Source: the human T2T-CHM13v2.0 reference genome, Homo sapiens. Taken from it: DNA of 64,000 bases. Below the pieces are notes generated by a model. It was given only the letters and a program-made list of their open reading frames with translations, did no database searches and had not been told where the DNA came from. The translations under genes and the position numbers were made by a program. The stretch is from NCBI RefSeq assembly GCF_009914755.1, contig NC_060929.1. One strand, written 5' to 3'. Positions 1-13,399 of this stretch are shown here, piece after piece (the first letter of the stretch is position 1; every line of letters starts with the position of its first letter).

Positions 1-162
1 TTGGCTCCAGAATTCAAACTGTTCATTATTCTCTATAGCCTCCAAAATGCATCAGCCATGAGCTGGCATATGACATATATAAGGTGAGCTGTATATATGT
101 CCCCTGTTGACTGGGGCATTGTTTGTCTTGATAAACATTTAGCTATATAGGTAGGGCCAGGG

Positions 163-164
163 GT

Positions 165-204
<40 letters not shown>
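163..204. repeat. (GT)n microsatellite
   Basis: GT dinucleotide run with one interruption, read directly. Confidence 0.95.
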
Positions 205-206
<2 letters not shown>

Positions 207-1204
207 TTTGTGTGTATATGTTTGTTGAATGAATAAATATATACATGAATGAATAACTAATGAATATGAACATAAAATTGAATCAACTCATTTTTCTTCA
301 GAAAAGCAGATTACTCTTCAGGATGCTATTTATTAAGTCGTTTCCTTCCTTTAGATATTTGGCTGGAAAAAAATCTCTAAGATGCCTTTAGTTCAATAAT
401 TTTCCATTCTAGGAAATACTTTTTATTAGTTGCAGAGAAATAGCCAAAAAATTGAGCCTTACTGAATTTTCCATCCAAGGATGAAGAAAGTCCAAGTGGA
501 ACAGGAATTGAAAATAACCTCAAAACAATGTGTTCTTCTTTGCTTCCTCCGCTTACTGAGTCATCGAGAAAGACGCTGAGAGAGCTGACTTTGAAGAGCT
601 CCCAAGATAGTTTTCCAGATGACCTCTTGGTCACAAGCGCCTGTTATTTTGAAAGGCTTAAGTACCATAGAGAGAGCAAAGGGAGTGGGTGAAATTTCCT
701 TCCTTGATTGGTGCATTATTCTGAGAAGTGCTGATGCAGATTGTCCTGACCCAGAGGAGGGGAGTTAGAACCCCTAGCTTTGCCTAATTTACAAATTTTG
801 GAACTAATTAACCTTTTAAAAGTAAATCAAACTTCTCAAACTAAAGAAAGTGAGAATAATTTCCATATGCATGACACAAAATCAAGCAAAAGAAAACCTA
901 GAATATACATTTGTCAGTACATAAAAGAGACTGTAGGTAGGGCCTTCCTTTAATTCAGCTCACCCTCTGCTACTACCAGAATAACCTTTTTAGTGCACAG
1001 TGCGTATATGTGTGTGGGCAATGGGGGTGAAATTAAACCCATGCTTCAGCCCATTGTGTAACTATTGATGCCTAGTATACCAAATTAGTAGAGCTCTCTA
1101 CTTAGCTCTAGCACTATCTCCCCCAGCAACCATCCTAACATGAATTATTTGCTCCAGATAAAATGATTTAGCTATTTTTAAATGAGCTTCCACGTATGGC
1201 AATA

Positions 1205-1412
1205 TTAACATTTAGCATTAATCATGCATGTACTATATGTTAAATAGTCTTCTAAATGCTTTACGTAGATGATCTCATGACTCCATGAGGTAAATACCAT
1301 TTTATAGGTAGAGATATTGGGACCATATGGAACCTCTCCAAGGTCAGAGAGCTGTAAGTGGTAAACTGGAACTTGAACTTAAGCATTTTAACTCCCCAAT
1401 GCTTTAACTATC
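1205..1412 (-). mobile_element. MIR SINE
   Basis: Reverse complement of the MIR core (ccaaggtcagagagctgtaagtgg; aatgctttacgtagatgatctcat). Confidence 0.7.
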
Positions 1413-1508
1413 AATTCTCTGTCTATAGAAATCAAATGGTCTAAACCTTTTATTGTATTCTTTGGCCAAGATACAGGATCACATTCACAGCTGAAAGTAA
1501 AGATTTAG

Positions 1509-1671
1509 ATTGGGCATTGTCCTTTGTGCCTGTAATCCCAGCACCTTGGGAGGCTGGGGTGGGAGAATCACTTGTGCCCAGGAGTTCAAGATTACAGTGA
1601 GCTATGACTGTGCCTCTGCACTCCACTCCAGCCTGGGCAACAGAGCAAGACTCTGTCCCTTAAAAAATAAT
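1509..1671 (+). mobile_element. Free right Alu monomer (FRAM-like)
   Basis: Single Alu right-arm monomer with short A tail; TSD AGTAAAGATTTAG at 1496-1508 and 1672-1684. Confidence 0.85.
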
Positions 1672-1765
1672 AGTAAAGATTTAGGATGGTTTTCAAATAA
1701 AACTGAGTAGCATAACCTTCTTCTACCTTAAGAATTTGGAAGACCTATATACATATATCATGTGA

Positions 1766-1891
1766 ATTCAGTTCATTTAGTCATTCAACAAATGTGTATT
1801 GAGTACCTGCTATACGTAGACACTATTTTAGGCATGACACATACAGGAGGAAACAAACAAATTCTCCTCCTCGTAAAACTTATATTCTAGT
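1766..1891 (-). mobile_element. L2 3' end
   Basis: cattcaacaaatgtgtattgagtacctgctat is the reverse complement of the L2 3' terminus. Confidence 0.75.
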
Positions 1892-2365
1892 TTCTCATAT
1901 TTAATCAAAAGAAACAAAGTCAGCCTAGGTAATGTAAAAAAAGCTTTCACCACTGGCAAGGGACAATCAGATATTATTTGCTTTCTTTTGGGGGACTGAT
2001 GTCTCAGACAAAGGGACACATACCTTCTGGGGGTGAAAATCAGGATTATTAACTAAAAGATACAAGCTTTCATATTACTGAAGCCAGCCAGGAAATGTAA
2101 CAGAAAATGGACCAGAGGGGATGGTGGTGTATTAAAGAGCATCAACCTAGTCTAAAACAGCAGCATTTTCCCAGCTCTCATGGCTATGCAATATTAGAAT
2201 GTAGACTAGTAGTGTCAAACTAACAATCTTCCAAGAGAAGGAAGAAATCTCATTTTTATGTGTGTGAAATATTCAATTTTTTAAATAATGTAAGGTTAGT
2301 TCAAAGTAAAAACAAAAAATAAAACTCAAAACTCTGTCAATTAAAAAAAACACATACACATCTAT

Positions 2366-2926
2366 TTTAAAGCTGACTAATATTCCATTGTGTGTGTCCC
2401 ATTTTAAAAACTTATTCATCTGTTGTTGGTTATTTAGGTTGTTTTCACACTTGACTATCATGAATAGTGCTGACATAAACTTTGAAGTGCTAACATCTCT
2501 TTGAGATCCTGATGTCAGTTCTTTGGAATAAATACCCAGGAGCTGGACTGCTGGATCATAAGATAGTTCTAAAAGAAGGAAATCCAGGAATATGTGACAA
2601 TATGAATGAACCTTGAGGACATCATGCTAAATGAAACAAGGCAGTCAACAGAAGAATACATACTGCCTGATTGCACTTATGGGAGGTATCTAAAATAGTT
2701 AAACTCATTGAATCAGAGAGTAGAATTTCGTTTGCCAGCATCTGGAGGAGGGAAATGGGGAGTTGCTAATCATGAGTCTAAGGTTTCTGTTAACAAAATA
2801 AATAATTCCTGGAGATCTGCTATAAAAAATTGCCTCTATAGTTAACAATACTGGATTGTACACTTAAAAATTTGCTAAGAGGGTAGATCTCATATTAAGT
2901 GCTCTTAGCAAAATAACAATAATAAA
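2366..2926 (+). mobile_element. L1M (L1MA9/MB-like) 3' end with inverted 5' segment
   Basis: 2366-2570 is L1 on minus and 2571-2926 is L1 3'UTR on plus, ending gggtagatctcatattaagtgctct; TSD ACACATCTAT at 2356-2365 and 2927-2936. Confidence 0.8.
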
Positions 2927-3789
2927 ACACATCTATGAGTCAGAGCCTATCTACATGCCACTAGTTGCGTCTTATTGTGTGCTTGTGTGTGTCTGTGTAA
3001 AGACATTAGAAACATACCAGCACTGAGTCCTGTGATTGAACAGGAGGAACGTATCACCCAAGGCCTCTATTCCAAACCTACTAGGATACAGAATGAAGTA
3101 GGCCAGGAACCTTATGAAAGGCCCTATTAAAAAAAAAAATAGGGATGAAATCACAGACTGAGGAATATACAAGGAGAGCTTGACAAAAGAATCAGGAGAA
3201 ATGTCAGAGTCAGCATGTACTTTGCTGCAACAACATCACATAGGGTTCATTTTAACCAATGCCACTTCCCTGCAGGCTTTTGTGCTCTGAGATGGAGAAC
3301 AGGTAGGTCATTTCTTATTTGTCCTAGAGCTTTGGCAGGGAAAAACTTTTCCTTTGAAACTTCAAAGGCGGGGACAAAGAAAGTCTAAGCTTCCCAGAGG
3401 AGTTTTCTTTTTTTAAGTAAATGAACTTCAACTCCACCTGTCAATTGGTTCTCTTGCAGGATCGGGGCATTCCAATTATCTAGATATGCTTTGACTTACT
3501 TTCCTACTTACACCAGCCATTGATGAATCTAAATCCAAATGAAGAAGATTCAAATTCTAGAATCATTTAGCAGGACATTTTACCTAGAAATAGAAGGAAA
3601 AATATCATCCCTACGACTTTGTATGACTTTGTAAGTACAGAAAAAAAAACTGAGTAAGTAAATTATTTTATGACATTTTTGAGTATTTAGTAGAAGGTGG
3701 ATTTCTCAATAAGATGAGAAAGAATAGGAAGTGCTTAGCTAAATGTCTGACACATGGTAAGCATTGAGTAATGGTCAGCAATTAATAAA

Positions 3790-4000
3790 AATTGTGGTTA
3801 CCAGGGACTGGAAAGGGAGGGGAAAGAAGTTGCTGTTTAACGGGTATAGAGATACAGATTTGCAAGATGAAAGTGTTTTGGACATCTATTTACAACAGCA
3901 TGAATGTACTTGTATTATACTGAACTGTACACTAAAAAATGGTTAAGATGGTAGATTTTGTGTTTTGTTTTTACCACAATAAAAAAGAAAAAGAAAAAAA
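3790..4000 (+). mobile_element. L1MB 3' end
   Basis: gtggttaccaggg...ctgaactgtacac...aaatggttaagatggta...ccacaataaaaaa terminus. Confidence 0.8.
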
Positions 4001-4159
4001 CGCTAATATTCTCAAGCACCAAGTTTATTGACTAGTATCCCACTACTTATAACTGTGGTTGTAAGTAGTAACCACAATTATCCAGAATCTTGACAGATTT
4101 CCTGGCAGTTTTCAAACTTCAATGCTTTTCAGCTCTAAAATGTATACTGTAGTTGCATT

Positions 4160-4632
4160 ATTTTTAAAATTAATACAAATATTTGTACATATTTATGGGG
4201 TACATGTGATATTTTGTTACGTGCATCGAGTGTGTAATGATCAAATCAGGGTATCTGAGGTGTCCGTCGCCTTGAGTATTTGTCATTTTTATATATTCAG
4301 AACATTTCAAGTCCTCTCTTCTAACTATTCTGAAATACACAATACATAAAAAAAATTCTGCCATAAACTTTGAAGTGCCAACATCAAAGTAGGAGTATGG
4401 ATTTTTGGCAAAAATCACCCTACTCTGCTACAAAACATTAGAACTTATTCCTTCTATCTCACTGTATGTTTGTATTCATTAACCAACCACTATCTACTCC
4501 CCACCTGCACACTCTTCCCTGCCTCTGATGTCTGTCATTCTATTCTAGTGAACTTTTTTAGCTCCCACATATGAGTGAGAACATGTGATATTTGTCTTTC
4601 GGTGCCTGGCTTATTTCACTTAACATAATATA
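4160..4632 (-). mobile_element. L1MA 3' end, interrupted at about 4348-4413
   Basis: tttgtacatatttatggggtacatgtgatattttg...gctcccacatatgagtgagaacatg is typical L1MA 3'UTR in antisense. Confidence 0.8.
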
Positions 4633-5369
4633 GGATTATTCGTTTTGAGAGCAAAAATCTGCTGATTGTATTCAAAGATACCAAAGGTAACCGTTACATT
4701 TATATCGTATTTAAAGTTTAGTGAGTGTTCTCACGTATATCATCTCATCTGAACCTTTACAGTGGTCTGGCTGGTATACCGTACCTCATTTTGAAAATCA
4801 ATAAACTTTCTTTGAGGGGTTAAAGGACTTGCCTTGTGAACTCATGACTTCTGACTCTAGTTTCAGAACTATTCTCATTGCCTCAGGCTGCTGTGAGATG
4901 TAATGTATTTTTCACCTTGCAACACTGCCTTTCGCCTGTCATTAGATGTGAAGACGTAGTGTGCTATGCCATGGAAATCATTTTACAATGTATTACTGTG
5001 TTTTTAAATACTATTTACGGACATGAATCATCTTTCTACCACTTAGAAGCTAAGTAATGAAAGCCTGAGAGCCCACAAGGAGTTGTTGAAGACTCCAGCG
5101 TATTTATTTATTATAATTTAGTTCAGATGTACACTATTCTCTAGTCACCTAATCAATAATAAGTGATTAAAATGACCAATTAAATGATAAACATGTTGGG
5201 GTTTTCAATCTTTTTATTGACTGGACTAGATTGAGTGTACAGCTTAGACATGGTATAGGAATTATTCAAATGCTCTCAAAAATTCTATTGGAAAATGTAT
5301 TCAATCATAGATTCTTAATCAGGCCAAGAGGAAATTCTAAGAATTTTAAAAAGCATATCACAAAATGTT

Positions 5370-5620
5370 TAAGTGCATGAACTGTGGGGCCAGTGAGACC
5401 TGAGTCTGGGTCTCAACTATGTTCTGCCATTTACTAGCTATATATCTTTAGTCAAGTTGCTTAACCTGTCCTAACCCTCAGGCTACTCATCCATATAATA
5501 CAGTTAACAATTTTACCTACCTGGAATGTTTATTGTGGGGATTAATGAGTCAATTGAAGTAAAGCAATTACCAAATATAGCTAGCATATTACAAAATTTC
5601 CAGAAATAAATATCAACTCC
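5370..5620 (+). mobile_element. MIR SINE
   Basis: ctgccatttactagcta...caagttgcttaacc MIR core. Confidence 0.7.
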
Positions 5621-5829
5621 TATTATGGTTATTTAGTATCTCTAACTTAAATTCCCCTGATTTCTTTAACCGTCAAATGTGGTTAAAGACCACAAGTGGT
5701 TAAAAACCATCAAATGTGGTTTAAGAAACTTGTTCAGCTCATTATGTTGATATCAGAGTTAATTGGATAAGGAAGAAAAAGCATTTCCCACCCAGGAATT
5801 TACACATCCAGAGCACTCAGTAAACATCA

Positions 5830-6350
5830 GATACTATACTGGACACCTCCTGTGCCCGGCCTCAGGTCCTCTCAACCTGCCTTCTACTCCAGCCACTGCT
5901 AGTAACTAGCTTCATGTTGTAGTGGCCTGATAGCACCTCACTCACCTCGCCACCGCTGTATTGGGTCTCTCAGTTTCTGAGTCTGGACCTTTATGTGGCT
6001 GAGTTGAGGGATATGTAGGGAAATCCAGTTGGCACTGGTGCATGTACAAACCTAGAAGTGTTAACCTAGTTAACAGCCCAAGGGAGGCTTACCCAATGAA
6101 AGATCAAAGCTGGTGGATAAATGCTTCCTTCTTCCAGCCCTCAGTGGCCATTCTAGTTGCACTTTACACAGCTCTTCAGGGAGTCTTTACAGGATTGAGC
6201 CTTAGTTGCTCACAGCAGTGATCAGCTCAATAACACATCCTTTTCCTCATACCCTATTTCTAATTCCCCACTGCTGTTTCCTGATATCTCTTCCCAAATA
6301 AACTACCTTCAAATAAGTGCTTGTCTCCAGCTCTGCTTTCAGAGAACTCT
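5830..6350 (+). mobile_element. LTR16-family ERVL solo LTR
   Basis: Ends cccaaataaactacc...tgcttgtctccagctctgctttc, characteristic of the LTR16 R/U5 region. Confidence 0.65.
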
Positions 6351-6404
6351 GAATGTCATAATGTATGGCTATACATCTAAACAAAATGTTATTTTGTCTT
6401 TTAG

Positions 6405-6474
6405 GTTGTATCTCCCACAAATCACATTGTGGAATTTTTACTGTATCGAAAGATTGTTGAAATTGATCTTGAAG
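6405..6474 (+). other. Candidate 70-nt internal exon (unverified)
   Basis: ttattttgtcttttag|GTTGTA...GAAG|gtaatt in non-repeat sequence; two of three frames open; no recognisable protein. Confidence 0.3.
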
Positions 6475-6552
6475 GTAATTTGCACCAATCTATTGAATGT
6501 TTCTAGACCCCTTTATAATGATCTTAAGTGATACTCTAACCCAGAAGTTGAC

Positions 6553-6745
6553 ATACTTTTTCTGTCCAGATTGTAACTGTATTAGGCTTTGCAAGTCAGG
6601 TGGCCTCTATTGCAATTACTCAACTCTACCTTTGTAGCATGAAAGTAATCAAGGATAACAATGTAAATGAATGGAATGGATGTGGCTGTGTTCTAGTCAG
6701 TCTTTATTTACAAATACGTATGGCTGGTTTAGGCTAGTGGTATAG
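6553..6745. mobile_element. MER58A (hAT-Charlie) DNA transposon
   Basis: ttaggctttgca...actcaactct...gtagcatgaaag...gtggctgtgttc...ctttatttacaaa. Confidence 0.75.
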
Positions 6746-6954
6746 ATGTGATATATAACTTCAGATATTTTTCAGGTGGATCTATTTTAAAAGTTATTAA
6801 TTTGAACTTTTTCCTCTAAAGGTGCTTTTCTCAAAACTTTTACAATAACCAAATATTTTTCCAAGTATTTCTACGCCTTCTTACCCCTACTCATACAGAT
6901 GAACTACACTGACTCTAGGAAGGGATTGAGATAAATGTCTGAGAACCTATCGGT

Positions 6955-7150
6955 TAATAATAGCATTTATTGAGTGCCTACTACATCTCAGGTTTGTACC
7001 AAGTGCTCTTCCTGCATTAGCTCACTTAATTCTGAGGCAAACTGAGGTTAGAGAGACTAGGCAACTTGCCTGTATCTTCACAGCATGTGTGTGGCAGAAG
7101 TAAAATTCAAACCCAAATTCATCTCCAAAGATAAGCTTTTAGGACCACAA
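6955..7150 (-). mobile_element. MIR SINE
   Basis: gcatttattgagtgcctac...aaactgaggttagagag...gtggcagaag. Confidence 0.75.
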
Positions 7151-8017
7151 AATACTCTGTAGTATATTTGTAAAGCTAACAATTTTCTTTTACAGCATAG
7201 AAAATTATATTTCAATATATGGAGGCTAAACCAGGAGTGAAGAAAATACGACTGTGGTTGTCTTAGTAGATTGTGTCTTCTTTTCCCTGTCATAATATTG
7301 AATGTGGTTTGGAATAAATGACCAAATCCACAACTCTGAAAATATCTAAAATGTGTTGGTGCTGTCATGTCAAACACAGTCTTAGTTATGCCATAGTAAT
7401 TTTTAAAATTGAATTTTCATAGTTAGCTCACTGAGATGGGTCCAAGAATGAAGCAGAGCATGAAACTTCATATATGGATATTTAAGTCATTTATATCCAT
7501 GCTGAGAATATATTTACTGTGGTTGACTGACATCTGTCACTGAAACAGCAGCTAATTAGAAGGAAAAAAATTTAAGAAAAAAACAAGCCTGAGTTCTGCT
7601 CTATAATTTAAGAAGACTCAGCTTCATCTACAAGTTGTGATACACAAGTTCATGAGAATGGTAAGAAAGATGTATTTTCCAACTAAACAAGAAGCTGTTT
7701 TGAACACCGTAAATGACAGCATGTTTTAAGCAGTCTCTGACTTAAAAAAAGATGGTAGTAGAGAGGAAGGACCACAGATCTAAGCTGACAAACCACTATT
7801 ATTGATGTCTGACAGATGGTGCCTTTCATTTCTGTGGAAATGATGCACCACCAGACCAAAGGGATGCGCAACCAGAATGGGAGCCGATGATGAATTCTAG
7901 CTGGATGCTAAGCTCAGCCATGGCACAGAGTCTGAGGCAAATGAAGCACAAAGCAGAGTGCTCTTTTGAGATTTACCCTTTGACCTTTGAAGGAGAAGAA
8001 GAGAAACTAACAAATGA

Positions 8018-8323
<306 letters not shown>

Positions 8324-8739
8324 CAAATGACATTTAAGGTTAGATTGGAGCTGACAGTTTGAACAAACTTCAAATCTCAGAATAACAGCAAAATTTCAGT
8401 CACATTATGTGGATTCAGTCACATTGTGATCAAAACAGAAGAAAAAGGGTTAACTATCTACTTGAAGAAAAAAGATCTTCATGTAGAGGGAAACAGAGAC
8501 CAAGAGGAGATAAATTGGTTTAAGGATATGTCAATACCTTTTCTTTGAATGACAAGAAGCTTTTGATACTACTCTTTCCTCTTGGAAATTATCCAAAAAA
8601 ATAATGTTTACTATTTTCTAGACTGAAGTTTAAGACTTGGTTGGGTTTTAAGGTCTCTAAAGCTAATATACATTTCTTGTTCATTCATTTATTCACCAAA
8701 TGGAAATCTTTAGTTTGCTGCTCTTCTTCTGGGCAAAAC

Positions 8740-9140
8740 TCAAAGTTTTTTCTTTAATACACATATTCTCTTTGGCACACATAATTAGGTGGCATGGATG
8801 GGCTTCACTACCACCCCTGATGCTAACAGTGCCCTTTAAGAAGCAGCTATTCAGCCTCCTGGAAATAGGATTTTCCTCTTTCTTCCATGGTAGCAAGTAG
8901 AAGATTTTCTTTCTTCCCTTGATGGTGTGATATGAAGATATGGAGCCTGGAACAACTAAACCCATTATGCTGCCAAGAGAAGACACCTGGGCCTTGGTGG
9001 GTTTGAACCACTGAATTAAGTCTTCACCAAAATCAGAACATCTTCTGGACTTTTAAGTTCCATGAGTTAATAAACCCTCTTTATTGGTTAAGCCTTTTTG
9101 GTTCAGGTTTTTTGAGTCATTTGTTTTCAAGAATCTTTGC
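8740..9140 (+). mobile_element. Old MaLR LTR (MLT1J/K/L-like)
   Basis: cttctggactttt...atgagttaataaaccctcttt...ttaagcc 3' end motif. Confidence 0.55.
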
Positions 9141-9989
9141 AGAGTCAAAATAACATTGTGCCAGTTTCTAGAACTAAGTCAGTTAAGACTATCCTATGCT
9201 TTTAAGAGGCTTCCTTTGTGATGCAAATATGACCTCTGAGCAAGTAAGAGACTGAAGTACTAGAAGAAAAACGTCTGAATTCAATTTTTAAAAAGGACAA
9301 TTATAAGAAAGAAAAGGAAGAAATATTTTGTCAGGGGGCCCGGATATAGGAACAGATAACAAAACATTGTTCCACCTGCCTGCCTAGGAGAAACAACAAA
9401 CCAAAAAGTCATCTGAAAATCTGCAACGTTTGATCTAAATGCAAATCAAACCAGTTTCTGTGAAAAGCACTTAAACATCCAGAAGGCTTGTTGTGCAGAA
9501 CTGAGAATTTGGGGATTGCCCACAGCCTTGAAAAGTACAGAACATGTTCTTTCCTCCAACAAATAATTGGGAACAAGATGTCTGTCTGGAATTAATTCAA
9601 TTGGTGTCAAGGGTGAGTTACAAAACCATCAACATCTAAGAAATCAACTGTGTTATCTTTATCCTGTGTTTTTATCCATATGAATAATTTAAACTATTAT
9701 AAATAGCAGATTGATTGTATTTTCAGATCATAGCTATATTTAATTACATCTTCTGTCACATAAAAAATGGCTAAGATTTTTAACCTTTCTTTTTCAAGAG
9801 TAAAGGCAGCTCCCTGGCATGACCAGGAATGGGCCTTTTGTTGAACACAAAATTGAGATTTATGGTGCTGGGTTATATAAAGAAAAAGGAAAATAAATGT
9901 ATTTGTCTTGTGACTATAAAGAATGATTTCTTGTAGATTTAGCTTTGGACTTCTACATACAAAAGAGGGATGTGTGATGTGGCACAGTA

Positions 9990-10147
9990 AGACTAAATCC
10001 TAATGTGTACAAATCACCTGGATATTGTGTTGAAATGCAGATGCAGACTTAGGAGATCTGAGGGAGGGCCTTAGATCTGCATTTCCGGTAAGATCCCCAT
10101 TGATGCTAATGCATTTGGGCCTACTGGCCACACTTCAAGAAGCAAGA
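9990..10147. mobile_element. MER5A DNA transposon, apparently inside a MIR3
   Basis: aatcacctgg...aaatgcagat...atctgcattt...tgatgct...ccacactt. Confidence 0.7.
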
Positions 10148-10149
10148 GT

Positions 10150-10300
10150 ATAGAAGAAAGAACTAAGGTATATAGTATTCAAGAAGTCTGGCTTTAGTTC
10201 CAGTTTCATCACTAATTAGCCATGAGACCTCACCAATATCACTTAAACATATTCCTCATGTATAAGATGATGGGGCTGGACTTAGTCATCTCAAAATTCC
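10150..10300 (+). mobile_element. MIR3/MIR fragment
   Basis: ctggctttagttccagtt...cactaattagcc...ggggctggactt. Confidence 0.55.
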
Positions 10301-10309
10301 TGACACAAG

Positions 10310-10789
<480 letters not shown>

Positions 10790-10795
<6 letters not shown>

Positions 10796-11195
10796 AAAGA
10801 AATGAAAGAAAGAGAGAAAGAGGAAGGAAGGAAGGAAGGAAGGAGGGAAGGAGGGAAGGAGGGAAAGAAGGAAGGAAAGAAAGAAGGAAGGAAGGAAGGA
10901 AATAAGGGAAAGAGGGAGGAAGGAAGGGAGGGAGGGAAAAGAAGGAAGGGAAATGGAAGGAAGGAAGGAGGGAAGGAGGGAGAGAGGGAAGGAAGGAGGA
11001 AGGAAGGAAGGAACGAAGGAAGGAAGAAAGGAAGGAAGGAAAGAAAGAAAGAAAGAGAAAGAAAGAAAAGAAAGAAGGAAAGAAAGAAAAAGAAAGGCCA
11101 AAAGAGAAAGAAAGAAAGAAAAGAAAGAAGGAAAGAAAGAAAAAAAAAAGACAAGACAGACTGAAAGAGAAAGAAATAAAGAAAGAAAGAAAGAC
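10790..11195 (+). repeat. Polypurine (AAGG)n/(AAAG)n low-complexity tract
   Basis: About 400 nt almost free of pyrimidines on the plus strand, continuing from the FAM A-tail. Confidence 0.95.
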
Positions 11196-11624
11196 AGGCT
11201 GAAAAATCGAATCCAGCAGGATTAAAGTGGTTGATGATATACTATGCATGGTGTTTTTAAATCCCCTCTACACTTTTTCTTATTCTTTGTCTGTATGGAA
11301 GGTATCTTCTCCCAAGTCAGCAACATGAATACTGTCCTTGGCTCTTCCTTCTCCATCACCTCCTTTTATTTAATCAATCATCAAGTCCCCTCCAGTTCTT
11401 TCCTAAATAATTCCACTCTCTTTTGTTTATTCGTTTGCTTTTTTCCATCCCCACTGGTACTTCCAAAATTCAAGTAACCACCATCTTCCTCTTATGGTAG
11501 ATAACAGCCTCCTAAAAGATCTCTATCCCTTCTCTTCCCCCTTCCAACTCATTATTCATTCATTTATTCAGCAAATGGATATCTTTAACAGCCTGCCTAA
11601 CAATTAAAAAAAAATCTGGGCAGT

Positions 11625-11921
11625 GTTTTTTTGTTTGTTTGTTTGAGAACGAGTTTCACTGTTGTCACCCAGGCTGCAGTGCAGTGGCGTGATCTCCGCT
11701 CATTGCAATCTCTGCCTCCTGGCTTCAAGCAATTCTCCTGCCTCAGCTTCCTGAATAGCTGGGATTACAGGCACCAGCCATCATACCCAGCTAATTTTTG
11801 TATTTTTAGTAGAGACGGGGTTTCGTCATGTTGGCCAGGCTGGCCTCAAACTCCCAGGTTATCCTCCCACCTTAACCTCCCAATGTGCTGGGATTACAGG
11901 CATGAGCCACCACTCCCTGAC
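11625..11921 (-). mobile_element. Alu (AluS/J)
   Basis: Dimer with a (TTTG)n tail. Confidence 0.9.
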
Positions 11922-12019
11922 TGGGCACAGCATTTTTAATACACGCTAGCACACCTCTGCTCCTGTCCTCTTAGCCATGTGGTTTGGGTGGACTCCACTT
12001 ACCATCCCATTCCAATATT

Positions 12020-13080
12020 TAATTTATATTGAATCACTTTCTACTCCTGCATAAAATCCTTCAGTGATTTCTCACTTCTTTATGAATACAGAATGCAGTC
12101 TCTGTCATGTCTCTACCATGATGTAAGGATTACAGCCTCTTTCATGACATAGGCTGTGCTGGATTTCATCTTCACCCATGCTTTCTCTTATATGTTAGTC
12201 ATGCTGGACTCCAAGTTCTTTGAAAGCAACATGCTTTTTTTTGCTGTTTTTCACATCATGTTTTTTTGCACCTGTTGTTTCCATAGCCTGACATTCACTT
12301 CCCCATTCCCTGATTCACTGAGTCCCTTCTGATAAATTATTTTTCAGGGCTTAGCTGAAACACCATTTATTGAGTTTCAAGGATAGGTTAGGTTAGGACT
12401 CTGTTAACTGTGCTGTAAGTACTGTGCACTTGACTTTCATAATGCTCAGTGACACACTTTTAAATATTAGTTCAATGCCTATTGTCCCCAGTGAGTACAT
12501 GCTTGATGGGGACAGGTAACCATTGAGTTTGAGAATATTCTCAACAATTATTTACCGAATTCAAACAGAAGGATTCTGTATACAAATTTGGCTGTCCTAA
12601 CCACTTATATCAGGTTTTACGGATAGTACTTCTGGTAATTTGAGTACTTTGGTCTTTCTGCCTCCAATTTCTCTGTATGTAACTATTTTCTTTATACTAC
12701 TAGCAGTTATTTCAAACCAGAGTCCCAATCATCCTATGCCATTATTCAAAATTATTTTTATGCCACCTCATTGTCTACAGAATAACCCCCAAACTCATAG
12801 GCTGCATTCAGATTTTTTTTATAATCGTGCCAAGGAACCTTGAGGACATTAGGCACTCTGTAGGCAAATATCCTGATATCCAGCCATAGGGTGATTAGCT
12901 GTCTTGCACACCACTCCTACATTTTCAGGTTTCATAACTTTAATATTTTTTTCCTAGAATATTTCTATATGCACAGCTTAACATAAATGTCATTTTATTA
13001 GGCTTTTTTTATATACCCTAGATTAAAAGTTATCTTTCTCCTCTATATTCTCTTGCTACTTCATCCATCCCCTCATGCTA
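12020..13080 (+). mobile_element. L2 fragments
   Basis: aaaatccttcagtgatttctc and similar L2 ORF2/3' motifs; two partial copies. Confidence 0.55.
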
Positions 13081-13399
13081 GAGTTTTAAGAGAGCCTAAT
13101 CACCCTTATCCTCTTGTCCCAGTTCTGGAAATTGGAATAGACACAATAAGCCAAAAGGACTAATTAATAAACAAGGCTGAAAGTCTCATAAATGTCACAT
13201 CTTCCTGGATTGTTAAACATGGCTTACACCTTAGGGCTTCCCTATTCCTCCATCCCTTCCTAAATCTACAGCCTAAGTGGGAGAAGTTGTCTACTGAGAA
13301 GATGCTTATGTAGCCAACTAATTGCAAAACTGTAGCTTCCTTCACACTCATTTAAAAAAATGACTTAGGACAGCTCTGTTCAAAAGAAATAGAATACGA

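Noticed and set aside
377-642. 85-aa ORF and a possible minus-strand exon (acceptor at 641-642)
   Set aside because: Weak pyrimidine tract, GTG start and no recognisable protein; insufficient support.
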